From the NCBI RefSeq assembly GCF_000143415.4, contig NW_003314331.1, positions 498,164 to 562,163 on the forward strand: a DNA stretch of 64,000 nucleotides. The letters are read 5' to 3'. Shown piece after piece: positions 33,064 to 44,522 of the stretch. The DNA is from Selaginella moellendorffii. Taxonomy: Eukaryota; Plantae; Lycopodiophyta. Both the position numbers and the translations under genes were made by a program. Each line of letters starts with the position of its first letter. The first letter of the stretch is position 1. Under the pieces are notes generated by a model, which searched no databases, was not told the DNA's origin, and saw only the letters and a list, made by a program, of their open reading frames with translations.

Positions 33064-36000
33064 TGTAAGGAACTAACTCCCTAAGGTGTCGAAAGCTAAA
33101 GGATCCCCAAAAGCATGACCAAAATGATAAAGAGTTCATCATATGAGACCAAGTCCGAGATTGACTATAAGACTGAGTTCGAGGCTGAGTCTGATATCGA
33201 GTTTGAGACCGAGTCCGAGATCGAGTCTGAGACCAACTCCAAGACCGAGTTCAAGACCGAGTCCGAGACCGAGTCCGAGACTGAGTTCAAGACTGAGTCT
33301 AAGATCCAATATCGAGTCCAAGACCGAGTCTGAGATTGAATCCGAGACAAAGTCTAAGATCGGGTTCAAGATCAAGTCCAAGATCAAGTTTGAGACCGAG
33401 TTTGAATACTAATACATGTCGTGGGGTGAAAGCCTAAAGCGTGTGTCTCCCAGGGGGGAGGGGTGGGCTGCAGGGGGTTCCAAAAGTATAGTAGGGATAG
33501 TGAGGTTTAAGAACTAGTCTTAAAGGAACTCTCTAGTGGTGCTTCTAAACTGACTTAAGGTTGAGACTGGGGCCGAGGGGCCTTGGGTGGGAGTGAACAT
33601 GGACATAGGTGGTGCTGGAGGGAAGAAGTGCTCAAGAGCAACTCCCACTCCCAGAAGGGAAATCGACTGTAATGCTCCCAACTCATGTGGAGTGGTGCCC
33701 CACTTGAGTACTTTGTGGCTCATTGGTCCTCACCCTTCTTAGGGGCTTGGACCTTCCCTTCGGGATGGAAGTGGGGGGGGGGTAGAGGTACCCATACTGG
33801 GCCATTAGGCCACAGTGTTTCCCCCCGATGTCCCGAAGCAAGTGTTGTATCCAAGGCTTAGGATTTAGAGGATCCCATGATCAAGTCTTGTTGTACCAAG
33901 GGATGTTAAGAACCTGGAGGTTTGGTGTGCTTGGCTACTTATGTTTACGGGGAGTGTAGCCAAACCTTAAGTCTAGTCTAATCTGGGGAGGGGGATTGGG
34001 AGAGATTTGGGAATCCGTGGATGGATGGCTAACACTCCGTTGCTCGTGCAGAGAGTAGCTGAAACTAAGTGGGACTAAGTAGGACTAAGTAGGAGCTGGT
34101 ATAATAGGCGGGAACCTTGGTGAGGGAACTTAGCTAAAGCAAAGGCAGTGTTGGTCGGAAAGATGAGGTAAACTAGCAAATTGGAAAGGAAAAATTTGTG
34201 GCTTACAATTTGGTATCAGAACCTTTTCCTCAGTTTTAGCGAAGGATAGAGGTAGATTGCTGAGAGATGGCAAAGGTAGGGCGTAAAAGAACCAAGGCAA
34301 AGACAAAACTGTCACTAGAGCTAGAGCATTCGGCTGACAGGAGGCTAAGGATGAAGAATCCTTGCATGAAGAGGACTCAAGTGAGAGAACTTCTAAATAA
34401 GAGTCTAGTGGCAAGGTTCGATCATTCAAGGCTCAATTGGATGTTTTAGAAAGACAATTGGCACAGACCAAGGCCCTACTATAGATTCTCATATGCAAGT
34501 TAAAGCATGACGAGAAACGAAAGAGAAAGCAAAAGATTATGGATGCTTGTAGTGAAGAAGGTACAGACCCTTCGGCAGGAATTGAGGTAGAACCAAACAA
34601 AGTCGAACAAATCGAAGTGGAATCAGTCCCTCAAGCAGTTCCCAAGTACAAACCAAAGCCCCCATCGGTCTTCAAGGGAGTGAATGACTATAAGGTGGTG
34701 GAGGATTGGTTTTACGATATGGAGGACTACTTCTAAGTGTTGTGGTTGCCGAGCTCGAAGAAGGTCCCATATGCAAAGCTATACTTGGTAGATAATGCCA
34801 AGTCTTGGTGGAGAATGACAGAGGCCAATGAAAGACTGGTGGCCACTTGGGAAATGATGAAGGCGAGGAACCATGCGACTTAGGTTCCTCCAAATGCTAC
34901 TCTGCATCTAGGGGATGAGCTGAGTAGGATAAAGTAGACTGGAACTATTCAAAAGTATGTGAATGGGTTTATAGCAAAAAGGATACTTGTCATAGATATG
35001 GGTGACATGGATGCATTCCATGCTTTCATATCAGGTTTGCAAACCTAGGCTCAAGGCAAGGTGATGCGTTGGAACCCGACCAATTACAAGGAAGTGATGG
35101 ATGTGACTATCAAGGTGCATTTCAATGATAACTTGCGAAAGGGGAACATGACAGGGTTGGGGTCCACGTTTAGAAAAAGGGCCAAACTAAGGGGGACATA
35201 TGGCAAAGGGAAATTCAAGAAGAATTTCTCTAAGAATGAATCCTTAGGTTTCGAAAAGGTAGATTTGGTGGCCAGCGAGCAAGTACGTAGAGCAATCAAG
35301 CAAAAAGAGACAAGCTTACGGATAAAAAGGTCAAATCTATTAGTAGTGTGGGAAACAACATATGCTTCAACTGTGGTGAAGTGGAACACTTTTCGAGGGA
35401 ATGTTTATATCCAAAGAAGGCAAAAGCTAATATAGCTACTAAGTCAAGTGAAATCCAAATTGAGGTACATGATCCAGTCCTTAACTCAAAGTTACTCATT
35501 ACATGAGTAACTTTAGTAGAGAGTTGTTCGCAACATCTACTAGCCCTTCGAGGGAAACTTAAAGGTAGCTTTGTTAAGATCTTTATTGACATGGGTGCTT
35601 CAGATAATTTTGTGGCTGCAAACATAGTCCAGCAAGACGGACTAATAGTGCAACGGTTGGGCAAACCAAGGACTATAGATTTTGTTCAAGGTAGCTAAAG
35701 CACCGATGAAGTACTTCGACAAGCAAGAATCGAAGTAGGGACATGAAAAGTAGACATGAATTTCACTGTGTTGGGATTTGACGTAATCTTTGGGATGGAT
35801 TGGTTCAATCAATTCGTGATAGCCCTACATGGACAAGGTAGGAACCTTGTGGTATTAGCAAATGCCTGAGGAGAACGATCTAGGGTGGAAGCCCATGATC
35901 TAAAGGTAGGGCAATGTAAGGCCAAAGACTCCTACTTGAACTTGGTGTCCATGAGAGGACAACTCACTAAAGGAACCAAAATAGCATTTCTGTGCTTACT

Positions 36001-38279
36001 CTCGATGAGAAGTGACAAAAAGACGAGATTAAAAGAAGTGCCTTTGGTGATTTAGCGGGTTATAGACCAATTCCAAGATACCATGCTAAAGGAGCTACCG
36101 ACAGGGTTACCCCCCGAATGACCAATAAAACATAAGATCAAGCTGGTCAAGGGTGCTAAGACGGTGGTTCATGTTCCCTATCAGTTGAACGAAAAGGAGC
36201 TTAAGGAGCTTAAATGCCAATTTGAGGAGTTGGTGGAAAAAGGGTATGTGAGGTTGAGCAAGTCATTATATGGTGCACCAATGTTATTTGTGAAAAAGAA
36301 AGATGGATTTATACGCATGTGTATAGACTACCAGTTGCTCAACAAGTATACAAAGAAGAACAAATACCCTTTACCAAGGATTGAGGACTTGTTGAATTGG
36401 TTGGGAAAGGTGAAATACTTCTCGATGATCAACCTAAAGTCAGGATACTATCAGATTAGGGTAGCAAAGAAGATGTCGAGAAGACAACCTGTCGGACAAG
36501 GTATGGAAGCTATGAGTTTCTAGTGATGCCCTTTTGGCTATGCAATGCACCAGCAACGTTCTCAGTGTTGATGAACTATATTTTTGTACCCTATCTGGAT
36601 CATTTCGTAGTCATCTACATTGACGACATCTTGATCTATAGCAAGACCCTAGAAAAGCATGTAGAACACTTGACGAAGGTGTTTGAAAAACTAAGGAAAT
36701 ACCAACTGTATGCTAAAGAGAGCAAATGTAACTTTGCTCAACAAGAGGTGAAGTTTCTCTTGCATGTGGTGGCAAGGATGGGCTAAAGGTGGACTCTGAG
36801 AAGGTCCAAGCGATCCAAGAATGGGAATGATCATTGAATGTACACGAGTTAAAGGCATTCTTAGGGTTATATAACTACTATTGAAAGTTTATCAAACACT
36901 ATTCGAGAGTAATCCTGCCTTTAACAAACCAAACGGGAAAAAGGAAGATGGTATGGACAATGAAATGCAAGGTGTCATTTGTCCACCTCAAAAGGAAGTT
37001 GAAAAAAGCTCCCGTGTTGGCATTACTAGACTTTGGTAAAAACTTTGAGATAGAAACAGATGCTTCAGACTTTGCATTGGGGTGCAGTGTTGAAGCAAGA
37101 TAACCATTCAGTAGCGTTCTTCTCTAAGAAGTTGGACAAAGCTCAGCAAAAGTGGCTTGCCTATGAGAAGGAATTGTTTGTGGTGGTCAAGGCGCTCAAG
37201 GAGTGGCGACACTACTTTGGGAAACACTTTAAAGTTTACACAAAAAATGTGGCAACGAAACACTTCTTGTCATAGCCCGACCAGAAAGAGAAATAGGGTC
37301 AGTGGGCTAATACTTTGGCCAAGTTTGATTGTGAGATTCTGTACAAGCCTGGAAAGAGCAACATCTTGGTGAAGCTGTTCTTTGAACAAGTGGTTTGAGT
37401 GTGGGGAAGGCTAGAGGAGATCATCTCAGATCGAGATAAGATCTTCACCAGTAGATTCTGGAGAACTCTCTTAGAACAGTATCACACCAAGTTGAAATTC
37501 AGCACAGCCTATCACCCACAGATAGGTATTGGGTATTAAATCAAGTGGATGGCACTAACACTTCTTGACAGATGGACAAATGGAAAGGATGAATAGGCAG
37601 TTGGAGGATTATTTGCAATGCTATGTCTTCGGAGACTAAACTGATTGGGTAAGTCATTTGGGACTTGCGGAAATATGCCATAACAACTCACCACACTTGA
37701 ATATCGGGGTGAGTTTATGAGAAATCATCAATGGGCGAGTTATTGAAGGTCCTGTGGAATTCGGCGTGGCCGAATATCATGGAGAGTTACCTGTAGTGAA
37801 GGCATTTACGGCAGAAAGACTCAACATTTGGAATCTAGTGAAGGATTCCTTAGAATGAGCTTAACAAAGGTAAACCAAGTATGCAAACCAGAAGCGCTAG
37901 GATGTAGAGTTCCAATCTAGGGAGAAGGTGTGGCTGAACACCAAGAATCTAAGGCTACCAAGTGGAATTAGCCAGAAGCTAACCCAAAGGTAAAATGCAT
38001 GTATTTATTGTGAGACACAAAATCCCTAGGCCCCAAAGTAGAGCCGGAAAGGGCGCCACGTGGTAGTGGCCGAAGCGAGAGCCAAACGAGCGTAACACGT
38101 TTGGACCAAAAGCTCCGACTTGAAAAGTCAAGAGCGGGAGTGGAACTCCCAACGAAGTGCTCGAGGAACGAGCACAAAGCGAGCAAAAAGCGAGGCTCCA
38201 AAAAGGGACCCAAAAGGACCAACACATGACACGTGGAAGTGTCCGAGATGGACTCGAGTTGGAGTCCGAAGTGGAGTCC

Positions 38280-38734
38280 GAGATGGACCCGAGATGGAGT
38301 CCAAGATGGAGTCCGAGATGGACCCGAGATGGAGTCCGAGATGGAGTCCGAGATGGAGTCCGAGATGGACCCGAGATGGAGTCCGAGATGGACCCGAGAT
38401 GGAGTCCGAGATGGACCCGAGATGGAGTCCGAGATGGACCCGAGATGGAGTCCGAGATGGAGTCCGAGATGGACCCGAGATGGAGTCCGAGATGGAGTCC
38501 GAGATGGAGTCCGAGATGGACCCGAGATGGAGTCTGAGATGGACCCGAGATGGAGTCCGAGATGGAGTCCGAGATGGACCCGAGATGGAGTCCGAGATGG
38601 AGTCCGAGATGGACCCGAGATGGAGTCCGAGATGGACCCGAGATGGAGTCCGAGATGGAGTCCGAGATGGACCCGAGATGGAGTCCGAGATGGAGTCCGA
38701 GATGGAGTCCGAGATGGAGTCCGAGATGGAGTCC
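38280..38734. repeat. Binary minisatellite in the 5' LTR of B: 39 units of GAGATGGAGTCC (12 bp, x26) and GAGATGGACCC (11 bp, x13)
   Basis: Counted directly; 26x12 + 13x11 = 455 bp. Confidence 0.95.
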
Positions 38735-41700
38735 AAGATGGAACCGGGACTGAGATCAAGGCCGAGACCGAATCCGAAGTCGGATCCGAAATCGGATCCG
38801 AGATCGAGCCAGAGACTAAGTCCAAATACTAATACGGGTCAAGGGGTGAAAGCCCAAAGCGTGCGTCTCCCAGGGGGGGGGGGGCTGCGGGGGGTTCCAA
38901 AAGTATAGTAGGGAGAGTGTGGGGGTTGGAGCCCAGTGGAGCCAGTTGGGCCAGGAAGGGCCAGTTTGGCCTAGGAAGGGCCAGTTTGGTCCGAGAAGGC
39001 CAGACCCAGTGTTGGGTGATGAACTGACCACTGGGAAGTCCAAGGCTAGAGTGAATACGGACCGACAAGCGGGGTAGCTTGGTGAAGTGTTCAAGAGCCG
39101 GCTCTAGTTCCCCCGGGAGATCGACTGGCCGATGCTCCCAGTCCAAGTGTGGGTGGCACTACCTACTTGGATACCAGGCATGGCTCAACGGAACCTCGCT
39201 CTAAGCCCATGGCTAGAGCACCCAAGGGCAGAAGGCGAGGAGAGTACCCAGGTGGCTCGCGTAAGGCCACGGTGTTCCGAAATGTTGTCCCAAAGGCCCA
39301 GACTGTGGAAAGGAAGAGGAGCAGTCCTCTGGGGTAGTGACCAAGGACACAGTCGTGTGGTGAGGAAGTCCCAGAGGACCGTGGGACTTAGTGGTCGGGC
39401 CTGTGGGTCTCGATCCAGTGGCAGTGTTGGCAAACACGGCCAGGGGCAGAAAGGGACTTAGTGGGGACTGACAGAGGGATATTGGGGAAGGCTATTCCCC
39501 TTGTCGGTGGGCATCCTAAGGATGCTAAGGAGTGGATCTGAGATGACCACTCACGGATGGTTTGCCTAGTCTTGGAGAGCCAAGACGGTGATGCAAGTGG
39601 TATTGGACTACCAGTGTGGCAAAGGTGATTGGGCATGGCCTTAGCGTAACGGGCTGCGATGTCGGTGGTACCTTTGAGTGTCGGTCATGGGATCGGACAC
39701 GTGGAGCACTTGGACCAAGTGCAAATGTTGAGTGGCATGGATGCCATTCTCGGGGCTAGCAAGTCCCAAGTCCTGGATTGGACTTATGGAGGTTGTGAAT
39801 GAGACTCCCCCAAGTGGTCGGAGGTGTGGTTAAGTGACTAAAGTAGAAAGGAAAATTTAGTCGCTTACAACTTGGTATCGGAGCTGTTCCTTAGTCCGAC
39901 TTTTATTGGTGCTCAAGTATATCACCACTAGTGTTGGCATCGGAAGGTCCGAGGAGTGGGCCTATCCTTGAGGAGTAGCAAGTCGGGAAGACATGGCTCT
40001 CCATTACAGTTCATGTGTGAACTTGTAGACGAGGTGGTGGATAGAAAAGGGCCAATAATGGAACGACTTTGGGATCTTGGGAACAGTATAAAGTTTTCCT
40101 CATTGAGTTGAGGATGTGATCCGGATGAGCATTTGGCTCAGCCAATTGGCTAAGGTAGTTGTGGTAAACAACTATAGTTGGGATCACGGGGAAGATAGAG
40201 ACTCCAAAACAATAAAGGAGTCACAAGATTGTCCTCACATAGTTGAGGCTGGTGCTCATGAAGGTGAGACCGGAATGGATGACCGTGAGAGGTCAAGCAT
40301 GGGCGAGGACACAAGTCCTTGAAGTGGTAGCCAGGGCTATCTCTAGTAAATGCTAGAACAACCCAAGGAGTTGGGGGTGTACTCAGAGGATGAGTTGGTA
40401 GTCTCATCACATGGACAGATGGTCCTAAGGGGCAAAAGGTTGCCCCAAGAGAACAAATCAAGTGTCGGAGTGACACTTGCAGAGATGGTCCTTGTGAGCA
40501 GGACCTGAATACAAGAAGTTGTATTCTAGTGAGTTGGCACCTCGAAGGCTAAGACCTTGCAGGTCGTGGGATGAGCAAAGTCTAAAATGATGGATGACTC
40601 AAGTGGAGTCAGAGACTGGTCCTAAGGGATTGGCTGAAGCATTTGGACTGAGGTGTATGGTGCCCCATGAGGTATGGGGAGGATCATAAGATCCAAGTAT
40701 GAGAACAGTAGGTATCTCATCGATGGCAAAATGTGCCATGCTAAAGTTATGGGAAAGGTGTTCCCAGAAGAAAACAACTTTGACACAAAGTTGTGTGTGA
40801 CCTCTATGGTGCAGTGCTAACAGATGGTTGGCCTGAGGAAGAGCGGTGTTGGTCTTGGCAAAGACTTAAACACGAAGGGGAAGTGTCATAGAGGTAGGCT
40901 CGTGGAGCCGATGGTGTGGAGACACCAAATGTGCCAAGGTGTGGTACCTTGAAGCTATGTTGGTGGGTTCATGAGAACCCCTTGCCAAAGGAATCCCAAT
41001 GGAAATGGGAATGGCATAGCCTAAGCTGCAGAGCATGCAGTTGGAGTGTGGTGACCCAGATAATGATGGAGGTGTGAAAGCACCAAGCAATGAGTTGTAG
41101 GACTTGACAACTATGAGGCAACTAAGCAAAAGGTGCAAAATAACTGGTTAAACGGGTAGAAGGTAGCTACCCAAGACTTCTAGCATAGGGAAGTCGGATA
41201 TACCCTTACGGGGGATAAGTTGCTTATGTTGCGATATAGTAAGTCAATGTCATAAAAGGAAATACTCATTGTCAAGAAAACCATCATTGGGACACCCGAA
41301 CACTCTAGAACACCAGAAGGTGGTGTTTGATGTCGCGAGGGCAATGGATAAAGCCCAAGGGACTAAATCCCTAGCGAATGATGGATAGAAGGTGCTATCC
41401 AAATGTCCAAGGTTGCGGAGACAGGAGAGGACTGTCTACCCGAGTTGGACAAAGCCAAAAATGGAATTTTGGCAAGGCTAGTGATGGGCATGTAAAGGCC
41501 CATAAGCAACAATGTAATCCCAGTGTGTGGGATTATAAGGTGAGCATACCCGGATTGAGGAACCACCCCCTAGGCTATTGGGTAGGTTCATCCCTAAGAA
41601 TACTTGCTAAAGCATGATAGAAAGTGCAAAGCTATCCTCCTGGTTTGGAGGAGAATGACCAAAGGAAAGGTGTGAAGCCAAAAGCAAGAAGTAAGGGGAT

Positions 41701-44206
41701 GGAACCGAACCATAGGAATCGAAGGGCATAACCAAGGTTGGTTATGCCAGCTGGGAGTGGAGAATCAAGTGGGGGCTCGAGGGTGTTGCCGCTAGCAACC
41801 GTGATGCCATGGAGGGTCTAAAATATGGAATTGTCCATGTTAGACTATGTGGCATTTGGAAGGCTTGCAAAAAGGGAGGCCTTAGCAAGCTGAGGGACAG
41901 AGTTCCTTCAAGGTTCCCAAAGACGATTCTAGGCAGCTTAGTACCTAGAAAGGCCAAGTGTAAATGGTTCATGGAACGCGCGAAATCAGAGTGGCGCAGC
42001 AAAAGCGTGGTCTTGAAGCTTGCCATGAGGCAAGGCTATCAAGGTTAGGGAAGTAGTTCCCGAGTGTTCAAAGAGAGGGCTTTGAACGAAAGTCGATGGT
42101 CAAGGACTTTCACGCTTATGCAGGAACCATGTTACAATGGTCGGAGGACTTGCCAAGCGAGATTGGCACGTCGGGGGAACAAATACCCTAGTTGAAGGTG
42201 ATAACTTCAAAAAGGGTGGGCCATGGGGCCGAGCATGGAGGAGCCCATGCATGATCACAGACATGTCAAGTGAGAGGACTTGGCAGTGTGGAGGAACTAG
42301 GTTCCTAAGCTGTGATCTGTAGCGCGCTTTAAAAATAAGTTGGTGCACCGGTGTGGGGAGTCACGCCAGGCATCTTGTGTGATGCTGTCCGTAGATGCAT
42401 ATACGGAGGTTGGGTTCGAGTCCCGACCCTCTAGTGCTTGGGTTCGAGTCCCAAATCACTAGGGCGTGGTGATGGTTTGGAATATGAGGGCACTCATATT
42501 TCGGTGGTCATGGACTCTCAGTGGGGAGACTGGTTTGGGCACACCGCCAAGCGAGGGATGCCTCGGAGTCGTGATGCACGGTTAGATTGCTTAGTGTGAA
42601 AGCTCGGCATATCTAACTTGAACGCTTTGGTGCAAGTGGCACCAAGGACGCGGTGAGTGAGGTGGGGACACCTAATCTCAGTTGCTATGGACCCTTGGCC
42701 GGAAGGGCTGGCTTGGGCGCACCGCCAAGTGTGGGGGATGCCCCCGGGGTCGTAGTTAACAAGTTAAAGGTCTGGAAGACCTAGTACCTATTGGCAAGCC
42801 TGTTAAGGTGCCGAGGTGAGATCACTAGGTGATCTTGTGGCTAAATAAGGACAAGGTCCTTGTTTGGGTTAAGGAATAAGGTTCCTAGTTCAAAGTGTTG
42901 ATTTGAACTATTGATGATGGTGTGGCTTGGTCAAGGTGACCAAGTGGGAAAAGCACCTTAGGTAAATGAGTTATGTCATTGCGATGGCATAGTGTGTCCA
43001 AGGAAAGTAGTCTCTAAAGAGACCCATGGGAGGGTCACAAAGTTGGGCCGTGGATAGAGCCCACAGCAGAAGATGCTAAAGAGACTTACTAGGGGCGAAC
43101 ACCCTAGTCTTGGCAAAGCAGAGCCTTTGCTATGGAATCAAAAGAATACCTCAAGGAGGGAGGTAGAGATTCGGTGTTGCTTGGTGCAACAATCAACGGA
43201 TAGGAGCAAAAGATGAGTGGCCAAGATAGGGCCGTGGAATCCCTTGGAAGGAATCCAAGTGGCAAAGTTAGGCGAGGAACACTAATGTGTTGGACGCTAA
43301 CAAATTGCGGGAAAGGAAGTGTGTTTCCAAGGATGGATTCCGAATTGCTCCGATTTGGCGAAAGTGGAAGCTCCAAGGGAGGGAGCGGTAAGGTAGCCAA
43401 ATGATAGGGCCATGGACAGCCCTAGCACAAAGTATGATAAATGGAACTTAGTGCCCAAGGTGGCACGAAATAGACGAGAGGATGATGGTGCCCTCAAGTA
43501 AAGAACTTCCCAAGATGGGGAAGTGGAGTTGCACAAAAAGTGCAATGCAAGGTGTTGGAGACACCTAGGAAATTGAGACTACTCGAGAAGGAGTAGTGGG
43601 ATTGACTTAGAGAAGGGTCTCTAAGAGGTTTAGCGAGAACCACTACATGTGGTCCAATCAATCTCTAAGTTGGAGAGGCTACCCTCCTTAGAGGATAAGC
43701 AAGGCAAGGTGAGCCTTTGGTGTCAAACCATTGAGGCATATGCAAAAGGCATGGTGAGCCTTCAATGTCAAACCATTGACGAATATGAAGAAGGCATGGT
43801 GAGCCTTCAATGTCGAACCATTGACAAATATTGGCTAGGTGCCAAGGATGGAAATGGTAACACATGCGAGTGTTACTTTACAAAATGGTTTACCGTTCGA
43901 TGAGGACATCGAACTTCGTCTATGGGTGGTGGAGTTGTGAGACACAAAATCCCTAGGCCCCAAAGTAGAGCCGGAAAGGGCGCCACGTGGTAGTGGCCGA
44001 AGCGAGAGCCAAACGAGCGTAACACGTTTGGACCAAAAGCTCCGACTTGAAAAGTCAAGAGCGGGAGTGGAACTCCCAACGAAGTGCTCGAGGAACGAGC
44101 ACAAAGCGAGCAAAAAGCGAGGCTCCAAAAAGGGACCCAAAAGGACCAACACATGACACGTGGAAGTGTCCGAGATGGACTCGAGTTGGAGTCCGAAGTG
44201 GAGTCC

Positions 44207-44522
44207 GAGATGGACCCGAGATGGAGTCCGAGATGGAGTCCGAGATGGACCCGAGATGGAGTCCGAGATGGAGTCCGAGATGGAGTCCGAGATGGACCCG
44301 AGATGGAGTCCGAGATGGACCCGAGATGGAGTCTGAGATGGAGTCCGAGATGGACCCGAGATGGAGTCCGAGATGGAGTCCGAGATGGACCCGAGATGGA
44401 GTCCGAGATGGACCCGAGATGGAGTCCGAGATGGAGTCCGAGATGGACCCGAGATGGAGTCCGAGATGGAGTCCGAGATGGAGTCCGAGATGGAGTCCGA
44501 GATGGAGTCCGAGATGGAGTCC
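44207..44522. repeat. Binary minisatellite in the 3' LTR of B: 27 units (19 x 12 bp, 8 x 11 bp)
   Basis: Counted directly; 316 bp. Confidence 0.95.

Noticed and set aside
33115-33412. ETES-rich and LGL-rich ORFs (also 31626-31916, 46587-46823)
   Set aside because: Translations of the hexamer repeat in A-family LTRs.
38280-38734. CRISPR-like array
   Set aside because: No unique spacers, no cas genes, eukaryotic LTR context.
37968-38908. Long overlapping ORFs on both strands (SPRW, MESE, RDGV repeats), also at 43835-44696
   Set aside because: Artefacts of the stop-free 11/12-bp array inside the LTRs; not proteins.
38009-39869. Retrozyme (hammerhead in LTR) hypothesis for elements B, C and the TRIM
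   Set aside because: No CTGA(T/N)GA..GAAA core with flanking helices found.
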